The position numbers and the translations under genes are program-made. A DNA stretch of 64,000 bases, filler included, from Gonapodya sp. JEL0774 (Eukaryota): NCBI GenBank assembly GCA_027604505.1. It is 21 parts of 21 records of this genome, joined end to end, with 100 filler letters (N's around TTAATTAATTAA, not from the genome) between each part and the next. Parts side by side here need not be neighbours in the genome. Positions count along the whole stretch, not along the records: positions 24,570 to 27,533 come from JADIIX010001557.1; positions 27,634 to 30,596 come from JADIIX010001558.1; positions 30,697 to 33,658 come from JADIIX010001559.1; positions 33,759 to 36,720 come from JADIIX010001560.1; positions 36,821 to 39,781 come from JADIIX010001561.1; 16 more parts are not named here. The stretch is one strand, 5' to 3'. The notes beneath the pieces are model-generated. The model was not told the DNA's origin, searched no databases, and saw only the letters and a program-made list of their open reading frames with translations. Position 1 is the first letter of the stretch; each line of letters opens with the position of its first letter. This document shows, piece by piece, positions 24,570 to 37,172 of this stretch.

Positions 24570-25854
24570 GAAGCGGCAACGCGTAATCTGCGAGTATAAG
24601 TGGAGTTGGAATCTCCCGTGGAAGCTGTCTGTGTCGTTTGACTAGTGTTTGGCGTTAGAGATGTAGTGGGGATGTATTCGGCGTAGAAAGAGGACGTTCC
24701 CAGTTCCAGAAGTTTGGAATATGCCGGAACAAACTTCTCGAAGAACAAGGTCGCGTTGGATGCATAACTGTAAAAGCGCCCCGATCTTGAATTCATTCGA
24801 TGGTTTCGGACCAATCTCTATAAGCACTCACGATTGTACGATGGAACGCGTCGCAGAATCATTGAGAAACGACATTTCAGCAGGAAGCATGGCTATGCTG
24901 TATGTGGGATTAGTGAACTCTGGGAGAATAGCGGCCGTAGTGGAGTACCCCCATCCTGTCTTCAGTAGGGAGACAAAGTATGCGTTCGTGAAGAACAAAG
25001 TGTAGAAATTCGTTTTCCCGTAATATCCCGAAACATCTTTGTGCATTCGGCTGTTGGAGGCACTCGTGTCAATCATTATTTCCAAGCTTGCATTAACATG
25101 CTGTCAAAGCAGTGCTTCAGCTCACCCCAACGTGCGACCACCGAAAATGGCGATCATTTCCGAGTCCGTGAATCCTGAACAAACGCACGACATCAGAGAT
25201 CAATGGAGACCCATTGTTGAGAGCAAGCTTACCCATGTCGGAGTATCTTGCTCGGATTTGCGTGCTGTTCCATGTGGCCGACAGTTGTGGGACACTGGCT
25301 GTGTTGAATTGACCAGATACATAGTCTTTCCGGCCACACCGGTAAGGGATCGTGGGACCTTTACTCTCCGCTATTGTCACAGCCCCGGCATAAGCCCAAA
25401 TATCCGCATCTTTGGGAGGTCGCAAAGACATACGTCATTACGAAATTATGACGGCAAAGCATTCCTTGCACGGCCTGCACTCACAACTTGCGGCAGCATG
25501 ATTGATCTTGAAGTCTTCGAGAAGTGACATTGCAGTTGCCAATCCCGCGGGAAGGGTCGAATTGGGGAGCAGCTTGAGAGTTCCCCTCATTCCACCTGTC
25601 ATTCCGTTGGAGATACTGTAGGAGCTCGCATCAGCATGTGCCAGACGGACAAGCTTGGGACCCATTCCTCCAGCAACTAAGCCAACTACAAGCTGGCGGA
25701 GCTCTTCAAAATCCGCGGATGCCATGTTGCACGCAAGGAGGAGTGCAGTATCGTTCAAAGCACCAACCCCCGAGAACCAAGTCCATGTTTGGATCAATGC
25801 GATCCATATAGACGCATAAATCCATCTTGCATTGGTGCATCGGCGGAGATGCAT
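24570..25854 (-). CDS. Secreted class I (CcP/APX-like) heme-peroxidase homologue lacking the catalytic histidines; 3'-truncated
   Basis: Signal-peptide-like N-terminus; GPKLVRLAHADA, ADIWAYAG, GPTIPYRCGRKD, GFTDSEMIAIFGGRTLG, FTNAYFVSLL, MLPAEMSFL, YSKLLELG, then a Thr-rich linker. Confidence 0.85.
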
Positions 25855-26050
25855 CTTCAGTTGTATGGATAACAAACGTGATCGGGATCCCTACAACCAG
25901 CACTGGCACTCTCGACTGCGCCGTGTGCAGCCTGTTCCACCAGCACCACAACTATATTTGCTGCCAAGAGGAAACTTTCCTATCGTGGGCGATTGATAGC
26001 AATACTGCGGTTTGGCAACTAGTATTCGAAGCTATTTACATTTTCAGAAG

Positions 26051-27533
<1,483 letters not shown>

Positions 27534-27840
27534 NNNNNNNNNNNNNNNNNNNNNNNNNNNNNNNNNNNNNNNNNNNNTTAATTAATTAANNNNNNNNNNN
27601 NNNNNNNNNNNNNNNNNNNNNNNNNNNNNNNNNAGCGGACTTCCTACGGTCCAGATTCACATGCGGATCCAAAACACAATCATGTAAACCAATCGCACAA
27701 CGATTTTTCACCATAATAATAACCAGTGATTTTGCAGGAGTATATGGGTCCGAGAAAAAGCACATACTGACAAACGCATCTGGAAGATTAGGGTCCTCGC
27801 AGTCGGCGGCAGTGAACTCGCACCAGATCGCACAAAAACT

Positions 27841-30596
27841 ATGAACGGTCACTCTGCGTCCAGTTTTCACGGTCTCTCCTCCGCCGAAGCAGCAGAGCGT
27901 CTCAAAATTTACGGTTTGTCTTCTGTGGTGTGATTCCACAACTGTCGTCATAACCTCAACGAGCCATCGGCATTCGACTGGATTTGAAGGACCCAATGAC
28001 CTGGACGATCCGAGATTGCAGCGGACGTTTCTTGCTGTCGTTTGGGAGGAGGTCCGTGAACCCATGATGGTGCTGCTGCTGATCCTTGGCACTTTATACA
28101 CGTTGTGGGGCAGCCTGGTAGACGCTCGTGAGTCTTGTAACACCGTGCGGGTAAAGAAGAGAGACTCACCGTCCATCACAGTGACAATTATCATCACGGT
28201 CGTCCTACTTGTCTCTGTCGAGGTGAATACTGAATACAATGCCAAGAGTTCGCTGGATAAGCTCCACTCCTCGATTGCGCACAACATTGCCGTGCTCAGG
28301 GATGGAAAACTCGGCATTCTACGGTCCGATAGACTGGTTCCCGGTTGGTACAATCCGGTATACTGATATAACGTTGATACGGAAATGATCTTGTCGGTGT
28401 CCAAATCACAGGTGACGTGTTCTTCCTCTCGAGGGGCCAGAAAGTTCCATGTGACGCTCAGGTTATTGAATCGGTTGGACTGGCTATCGAAGAGAACTTG
28501 TTGTCCGGGGAATCGGCACCTGTGTCAAAGTACGTCGCGGGCCCAGGCAGCTCAGACGACACAGAAGTCGACAAGGCCTACGCTATGACGAACGTAGTGT
28601 CAGGCAGAGGTGCGTTGCTCTTAACGAACAATAAGACAGATATGTTTAGGTGCAAGTTGTTCCACGCTTTAGGAACATTCCTCGCGACTCAGACTGGTCT
28701 CACCACTCGCTACGCTAACTTGCGATCCCTATCCAGCAAGCGGTTCAAAACCAAGGACAAAAAAACTCCGATTCAGAAACTCATGAAACACGTAGCGTAT
28801 GTTCTCACATGGAACGCTGCCGCCGTCAGTGCCGTAGTGCTGTTCCTCACGTATTTCGTCGTGGGGACCACCTGGCAAGCGGCCATCCTGACGGCGATGT
28901 CCTTAGCTTTCGCGACTATTCCCGAGGAACTTCCGCTCATTGTGAAAGCAGTAATGGCCGTCGGTGCTAGGAATATGGCGACACATGGCGCATTGATCAG
29001 GCGTTTGCGTGCCGCGGATGCACTTGGCGCTGTGGAGGTTCTCGTGACGGACAAGACGGGAACTCTCACCAGGGGTATTGGAATGGATTTGAGGAGCGCC
29101 GTACTTATTTCTGTTGGAGACATTTCACGAGCAAATGCTGATGGGCACACCATGAAGGCCATTTATCCGTGCGTTAATCTTCCTCACTAAATGCTTCTTA
29201 GTACGATTACTCATTATTACTTTCTTGAAACCCTCTTTCACTTGACCCTACAGAGCAAGTGATGTACCACTCACTAGCTCCGACATTGAGCGTATCGCGC
29301 TCTTCCTCTCCACTTGGGCCTTGTCCACTGGTCTTCTTTCCAACGACTCTCATTCCCTGCACGAACTGGATTTGTTCGACGCAGCCATCACAGCCTATCT
29401 GGATACAGACTCTGGTCGCTTGCCTGTCTACCGTGAAGCCCTTGCTTCGGCCATTGCGGAGTTCCCTAAGCCTGTCTCGGAGATGCCTTTTGATCCAATT
29501 ACGAGGGTATCAGGGAGGTGCCGCGCTTCGGTGGGAGAATCGTCCCAGCGCATAGCTGTAGTCATCAAAGGGTCAGCGGAGACTGTTCTTGCCCGCTGCT
29601 CGCTGGCCTTGGAGCCCAAAGCAAAAGAAGGGGAGGAAGGAAGTCAAGTCGCGCACACTGTCGAGTTAACCTCTGACGCACGATCCGCGGCGATGGCGTA
29701 CTTCCGAGATGCAGCGAATTCTGGACAGGTTATCGCTTACGGCATGAAGACTTTCGAGGCCCCTGGTCTTCCGTCACCAGATGACCACACACTATTCGAG
29801 ACATCCGACTTTACCTTCGTCGGAGGGTTCCTTTTCCATGATCCCGTCTTACCGTCGGCACCTAGTACCATTGCAAAGCTCCGCGAAGCAGGTGTGCGTG
29901 TGGTAATGGCCACTGGTGACGGTGAGGGAACAGCAGTGGCCGTAGCGACAGAGACGGGCATTCTGCTTGGACCCGCAACACCAAACTCCGTCATGAGTGG
30001 CAAGGAACTTGCGCAAGTACTGAGCTCTCAAGATGATAGACGCGGGATTGAGAAGGAGCTTGCTACTGTGTACTATCGAGCGTCGCCCGAAGACAAGTAC
30101 TCACTTGTTTCCGCACTTCAGAAAGCTGGGTTCGTTGTCGGAATGGTGGGAGATGGTGCGAACGATGGACCGGCGTTGGCGCAGGCGGATGTTGGTGTGG
30201 CTGTCGGGGGAGGTCGAAACAGAACTGTGAGACAGCGATTGATTGAAACTTCACAATGTGGATCAGGTTCATCGAACTTGTCCTTGAAACGTTTGTTGTA
30301 GGATGTTGCCATGGACTCCGCATCCCTAGTTCTCCTCTCCCCCGAGGGTGGAATTGCCGGTTTAGTGGACTGCATTCAGGAGGGACGAAGGATGCAGGAT
30401 AACGTTCGAAAGACTGTTGTATTCTACTTGGCCTGCAAATCAGCTGTGAGTGCAGTGCGCGAGAAAACCTTCTCTTTTGTTGACCTGGTCTCACGAATCG
30501 ATATTAAACTCTTCAGATCGTGGTTCTCTTCCTTGCTGCACTTCTTGCTCTGAAGCGTCTACCTTTGAACCCCATTCACGTTATTATCTTGGAATT
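27841..30596 (+). CDS. Type II-like cation-transporting P-type ATPase, 3'-truncated
   Basis: GLSSAEAAERLKIYGPN, LSGES, IPEELP, DKTGTLT, KGSAE, MATGD, MVGDGANDGPALAQADVGVA. Confidence 0.95.
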
Positions 30597-30696
30597 NNNN
30601 NNNNNNNNNNNNNNNNNNNNNNNNNNNNNNNNNNNNNNNNTTAATTAATTAANNNNNNNNNNNNNNNNNNNNNNNNNNNNNNNNNNNNNNNNNNNN

Positions 30697-31000
30697 CCCG
30701 ATAGATGATCGTGCGGTGAAAGTGTTGTGCCCAAAATGGCAAGAGTCAGAGAGACTGTCAGACGCGGAGATTTCAAGTGATGACGATAAAGATTGCGGAG
30801 TCCACTAACTGAATATACCGACCACCTGAGGTGGAGAGATTCAATCATAAATGTGACTGCAACATAACGCGAAGCCACCATGACCATGAACATCACGAAC
30901 AAACCTCCTCAGTTGCCGAAAGGAACTTGTTCACGTCAATACCAGGTTCCAAAGGCACATCCACGTATGATGTTGCCGCCGCGCGGTCGAAGTAGGTCAT
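30697..31000 (-). CDS. Glycolipid transfer protein (GLTP/HET-C2-like), 5' exons only
   Basis: Not in the ORF track. Exon 31000-30905 encodes MTYFDRAAATSYVDVPLEPGIDVNKFLSATEE and the next small exon VVGIF, matching the fungal GLTP N-terminus (F...SFxDVP...I...FLxAxE.L..LF). Confidence 0.62.
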
Positions 31001-32090
31001 GGTGAAAGATTGTGTTGTTCACGATACCCGGCTGGGTATTCCAACTTCGGCTGACAAAAAAGGCCATTGAGTGCCTTACCGCAATAATACGTATTAAAAT
31101 CCAGCGCGGGCATCCAGCTGTCGTTCGCGGCTACGAGGTCCGGCGATCGAGTTTCCGCCGCGGTTTCCACCCGTTCGCGAGCTTCCTCCGTCCTCCTCCA
31201 ATCGCCAGCTAGTTCGTCCGTCCCCACCTGGCATCTGGTGGAATCCCGGCGACTGCCTGGAGCAAATCGTCTTTTTGATCGATTGACATTGATGCAGTAT
31301 CCTCGGATTATCGGGATTGACGCTGGAAAGCTGCCGAGATCGGAATCACTGTTAAGACGGTACGTTCGGCATCGCACGAGCGACCGCGGAACTTCTGTCA
31401 GTGCTCTAATCTATATCCATGTTTCTCGATTGTTGGTCTTGAATGATTTATTCGCTTCCACGCACCTTCATGACGTGGCGGACTGCATGGATTCGCTCCT
31501 TTTCCAAGAGCCGAAACGGAATGCGTTGTTAAGTCGAACGCCTCAGTCACCGCATACTACCATGTCATTCCACTGTTCTTCTCCTCTTCTTCACCCTCCC
31601 CACTTCTGCATTGGGTCAGACACTTTTCCCTCTTTTCCCACTCTGCAAAAGTCTGATTCGGCGCGCCGTTAGTGGCATCGAGACCCTTTTTCCTGAATGG
31701 ACCATCCTGGTTTATCTGACATTTTATGAGTAATAGGTCTTGGTGGTAGGATGGCTTGAGCCAATGTGGTTGGTGCTGACATGCGAACCATGTTTGATGT
31801 CAAGAATGCAGACTGGGGTTCATATGCTGAAGTCATGATTATGGGTTGGAAGCTCTTGTTGTGATACAACGGTTACAAGCAGGAGTTTAGCTGGAGTCAC
31901 GAGCACGACACCTTGTTCACCCCAACACGTCACCCCTGGTTGCGGCACCCATTCCTTGGATAGATGTGATATTTATTATGGTGTGTACGACCAGCACATT
32001 TTTTGCACGATAAGTAGTTATGTGCATAAATAAATAGCTTCTGCACGGATTTGGATTATGTGGGTGTGCTCACAATGCACTGGGACTGTC

Positions 32091-32350
32091 GGGGTGTTAA
32101 CCATGGTATGGTTATGCCAAATAACCACAAAAATACCACACTGTCATAACCACCCTGGGTATTCCCATGGTTATGCCGTGGTTAAGTGCAATTTTAACCA
32201 CATTTTTACCACCCTGGGTAACTGGGTGGTTATGTCAACCCATGGTTTTTGTTGTTTAACCACTCTTGTACCATGGTTTTTCAACTTTACCACAGTGTCT
32301 CAGTGGTGTTTTGATAAAACCACTCCTCATATGTTGTCATTTAACCACAG
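32091..32350. repeat. Cluster of short direct and inverted repeats, likely transposon subterminal region
   Basis: Many (A/T)ACCAC and GTGGT(T) motifs in both orientations, four CCATGG palindromes, and ACCACCCTGGGTA twice (32149, 32208). Confidence 0.75.
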
Positions 32351-32503
32351 TGCCTCCACGTTATTTTTATTTATCCACTTGTCATTTTTTTCTGTGATTT
32401 AAATGCGAGGTTCACTTATGTGTTGGGTAATTGGAAAATAATTAATATAGCACTCCTTGTAATGTATTTAACATCTATAACGTATTAAGAACATTGGCAG
32501 AGG

Positions 32504-33658
32504 TCATGACAAATTGTTGTTAGAACCAAACATAGGAGCTGGGTACTCCAAGTCCACTCCAGGAGGAATCGTGATTCCAGGAGTGGTCAGTGGGTATTTC
32601 ATGCTTGGAAATACATCCACATTTGTGCACACCAGACTAGCACCTAAATGCAATGGGCCCCTGTTAATTCCATCTTGTTGGAACTCCTCTCCAGCCATGT
32701 GCAGATTCAAAGACGCAAGCTCCAGATATTCAGCCCTGCCCTTTAAAGAAGACAGAACATTCAACCAAACACACTCATTGAATGTTCGAAATCTCCGGTC
32801 ATTTCTGACAACAGCGCCACCCAGATTATAGTCAATGCCCTCCTTCAAAATGAGCAAGTTGGAAGGGTCCCTTGGGTCTCGTGCAAGCTCACATGGGATG
32901 GGGTGTTGGCGTGTGACACTCCAGTGCTCCCAGCATGCATGACCCTGTGTGATTGATCGCCGGAACCAGTGCATGCGACTTCTGTTGACAGATCCCTGTT
33001 GAACTGGGGTTACAACCATGGCCAACCAGAATGTTGTACTACGCTGAATGTCAAAATCTGCTTGAATGTGAACAAGGATATCCCCTGCTACAACTGAGGT
33101 TGGAAATGGTGCATCTTGAAAGTTCGGCACCAGTACGTGAGCTTGGACATGCATGCAAGAACCATAACATCAGTGGACAAACACTCACTCAAATCAGCCT
33201 GAGCTCGCTCCTCCCTTCTTGAATCCCTCCAGCCATAGGTGTTAAATGTGTTTTCTGGGAGAGGAAAGCCATTGGGTTGTAGTGCACTCTGCTCCCAGCG
33301 CAGGCACCTTATTGGGTGTGCCTTCACCACCAACTGCGACCACACATTATCGCCAATAGTCCACAATCGCCCATCTTCACCTAGACTAACATCTGTATAG
33401 TCAACATTAGGTCTTAACACCAATGGGTCCCTTCCATTTGCACACAAGAACAGGTCATTTATGGGGATGTGCTTCTCCTGATGGGATCCAGAGAACACAG
33501 CATTCTTGTAGCACAAAGTTTTGCCACGGACCTTTTCCAGGTAGAACCCCACCACAACTGTATCAGAAATTGCCATAGGATGTACAGTACGGAAGAGCCA
33601 GAAGAAATCATAGGAGTGCACTTCATCCCTTGGTGCCAGGACTGCCACAATAGACCTA
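32504..33658 (-). CDS. 3' part of a TE-associated hypothetical protein
   Basis: ORFs 33088-33648 and 32504-33154 join in frame via a 47-nt GTGAGT...AAG intron (33188-33142). Confidence 0.65.
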
Positions 33659-33758
33659 NNNNNNNNNNNNNNNNNNNNNNNNNNNNNNNNNNNNNNNNNN
33701 NNTTAATTAATTAANNNNNNNNNNNNNNNNNNNNNNNNNNNNNNNNNNNNNNNNNNNN

Positions 33759-34339
33759 AGACGATGAACGAAGGCGGTTCCTGGTCGCGGTGGTCGATGT
33801 GGACGCGATGTAGACGAGGAGGAGTCGTAAGGGTATGACATTTTCGGTTCCATGGGAGGCAGCTTGTGTGGAGAGGTAGGAGGAATGAGGGGAGCGTCCA
33901 GCTGGGACACAGCGGCAGAACCCTCCCAGATTCGCGAAGCCGTGGCGGGATAAGGGGACGAGGCTGAAGATGATGTTTCAGTGGAACTTCCACGGAGGCC
34001 CTCGAGCAAACGTGCCGCTTCAACGTCCATATCAATGTCCCCAACTATCTGAGATCGCCCTTCTTGAGCTGATCCAAACGTAGATCCCCCTGAAAGATCA
34101 GAGAGAGTGGCATCGGAGAACGCCGACGTTCGTCGACGGGAAGTGGGAAATGTGTGCTCCATATAAGTTGCCTTGTCCTGGTGGTGAAGGGACTTCTCTT
34201 GATCGGACTGCGAGAGGAGGCTTTCAACCGATACTCCACGAGCAATGGGGTACAGAGGAGGTTCGAGTGATAAAGGGCGAGTCGGAGAGTGTGGTTCGGT
34301 TGGTGTTTCGTCAGAGAGGTTCTGAGTCGGGTCACCCAT
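33759..34339 (-). CDS. Disordered N-terminus of a possible HSF-type transcription factor
   Basis: Ser/Pro-rich ORF ending at contig edge in PGTAFVHRL, resembling the AFVxKL start of HSF DNA-binding domains. Only those residues are visible. Confidence 0.35.
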
Positions 34340-35965
34340 GCTGTATTGACACAAAAGAGAGAAACAAGAAATAAAGTTCAATTAGTCTTTGTGATGCAGG
34401 TGGAGCCTGCTAGTTCAGGGATGCCGGAACAAAACACGGACAATTTCCTGAAGTCGCTTACGTCGCATCGACAGTCCCAAGACAGCGCCGACTTGATTGT
34501 GAGGTCTTCCAAGTAGAAAAATTCCAAAGATAGTTGTGTCCGATTGACAGGTCCTCGTGGGGAAGGAAATCCAGTATGACAGATCCTCCACAATTCCAAG
34601 GACGAGCACATTTGTGGACGACAAGCCAAATCACGTTTGCTCGTTCGAGATAGACTAATTGTTGGTCTATCGCATGTTCCCTTTGATTCGATCACTCACT
34701 TCGCCAATCCACTCCGAAAAGTTTGCAAGACAATCCCCTTTTCGACAGCAACCGACCGGGAAACGTCAACGTCCCCAAAGGCGGAAGCGGACTGGCGCAG
34801 ATATGTTCGCAGTCAGGAAGCGCCTCTCCAGTAAGGATTCTACGTACGAAAATCGAAAACAAAGTGAAGGGGCTGCCCAGTATCACGTGTCAGACCTCCA
34901 CCTTCCACACCCTCTGCTCCACTTTCAGCTCTCCTTCCCCAAACTAACAAGGCCGCGTCGAGCGTTCATTAATATACAAGCCTCGGCAATTATTATTTTG
35001 TATGCCGTTACAACAACAAGGATGAGTTGAACGCTCTCAAACACCCGTCGCGGCGCAGTAGTGATAGAGAGACGGACGACGGATAGGTCAGCGGAGCATT
35101 CGGTGTTTTGTATCTTTTATTTTCTCGGTAACCTGTGAGTGCCGTTCGCAGTCTCCTGTCGCCTTCATGAGGTCACAGGTTTTGCAAGCTCACGTTCTGT
35201 TCCTGCATATTTTACCAGCGTTCGATTCCTCTTCGCCCCGCTGAGATAATTAGCCTACGAGAACTGCGTTGTCCGGGTCTCATCGGTGTGATTCCGGTTG
35301 ACCAAAACGGCTGCGCGGAGGTTGAGCCACTTTCAAGCGTATGAAGGGTTCGCACGCATACGTCTGGGGAGGGCGGCCGTCTCTGAGTACCAATTGCTAT
35401 GACGAATCCAGCGAAGTGGAGGATGAGCGGGTTGAGCGGGTGCAGTGCTGTTTGTAGCTGTGGGCAGGATCCATCATTTTACGTTCCCCACGGAAGTGTT
35501 GCTTACGGATCTTGCATTCTCCATCTGTTGGTGTTCCCCTCACCAAAATTTTGCCTGTCTAGCCAATGTACCCGATGGACGTACTAAGTTTTATGCCCCA
35601 GTGCGTCGCCGGAGGGGGTTGTGCGAGAGATCCTTCTTCCACTCCGGATCGACTGGCGCACTGGAGGTTTGTAAATATATTCCCGCACAACCCCCGCCTT
35701 TGTGCGTTGTCTTTGGGTCCACTGCTCCGGATTGCTTGGGGGTATCGATCTCTCACTGTGCTGTGGAATCACCTTCTCCCAACCAATCTACCAGCCAAAC
35801 TCTAGAACCATTTGCGACAGGAGTATGTATACATTGCGGTGAATGATGTCTCAGTACATATTATGTTACGTTTTCAGCTTCTGCGATAGCACGTACTCCT
35901 GTTCAATATGCTCTGGTACGCCTCATGTAGCTTGTCACACTTCGACCTAAGCGTTCAGCCGTTCC

Positions 35966-36720
35966 TTACCTATCCCACGTCCTCACGAACACAGGCCTAC
36001 TATTCGGTCCTTCCATCTGGGTCCAATCCACACCACCTTTACTCGCCCCGTTGGGCAACACCTCCGCCACCACCGTCGACCCACCGTGGCCATTGTGGTT
36101 CCCCGCACTCGGTACAGATGTCGTTACAGACGTCCACGAGTCTTGGGAGCTTGATGAGAGTCTGCGAGTTGGAGGAGCAAGGTGGGTCCGTTTGCCGCGG
36201 CCTCGGCGAGACTTGATCTTTCCCGGTTTCGAACCAATGCCTGCGCCCACTCCCTTCCCGTAATGCATCTGGTACGCCATGGCCTGCTGCTGCAACATCA
36301 TCCACTGCATCTGCATGGTTGCTTGTGCCTGCAGCTGAGCCTGCATCTGGGCCTGCTGCTGTGCCGCATACAACTGAGCGGTGTAAATCGAAGCAGCATT
36401 GGCGTCGATATTGGGCGGGAGGAATCCAAGTTGACCGGGAAAAACAAGCGACGGGGGTTGAGGTGACATCGTTGGAAGGAACGGGTTGATCGGCAATTTG
36501 GGGAGTGGTGGAAGTTTCGATTGCGCGCTGCCAACATCCGATCTTTGGTTACTCGATATCATATTGGGCGATTGGATAGCAGGAACACCGGGAACTGAAA
36601 GAGCTGGTGTACCAACAAGAGGGCGATCGTCGTCGCCATCGGCGTCGTCAGAACCCCCTGCTCCTCTTGACGGCGAGAGCACAGACGTAGACATTGTGCT
36701 AGCTGTACCAGCTCCAACAG
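35966..36720 (-). CDS. Internal or 3' exon of a Gln/Pro-rich hypothetical protein
   Basis: 242+ aa open frame with a QQQAQMQAQLQAQ tract; GTAAGG donor at its end. Confidence 0.6.
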
Positions 36721-37172
36721 NNNNNNNNNNNNNNNNNNNNNNNNNNNNNNNNNNNNNNNNNNNNTTAATTAATTAANNNNNNNNNNNNNNNNNNNNNNNN
36801 NNNNNNNNNNNNNNNNNNNNATCGAAACGTGGGCAAACCTGGAACACTTGGTTGCCCACAGCAAGGCACCCCACATGATTGAAGGTGCAGAAAAGAGAGC
36901 GGCACTGCTTAAGGAGAGGAAAGTGCACAAGCTCAGCGTTGTTGGTGGTAAATAGACGTGACATCGGTATTCTGGGATATGGAACTATGTAGAACATCGA
37001 TTTTTGAACCACGCTCCCAAAATGATCGCCGCTGGAGCCGAACACGGGCGATTGCTTCGCTGCTTTACTGGCCTTCGGGTGAGCTGATGTTCACCACCAG
37101 TCACCCTCATGTTTGCGAAGACCAGTTTGCTTTGCCCTCGAGGGTACCAATTTGGCGTCCAGCTCGAACACT

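Larger units (their letters stand above)
32091..33658 (-). mobile_element. Putative DNA-transposon end with its gene; class unassigned
   Basis: Subterminal-type repeats lie 3' of a gene in strongly CpG-depleted sequence. No transposase motif is visible in the part present. Confidence 0.5.

Noticed and set aside
27586..28404. 272-aa antisense ORF (and similar ones at 5584, 11379, 14140, 41783)
   Set aside because: Antisense to well-supported genes, with no independent motifs.
36821..36998. Short minus-strand ORF with faint MAPK- or WIPI-like N-terminal resemblance
   Set aside because: Too short and ambiguous; truncated by the contig edge.
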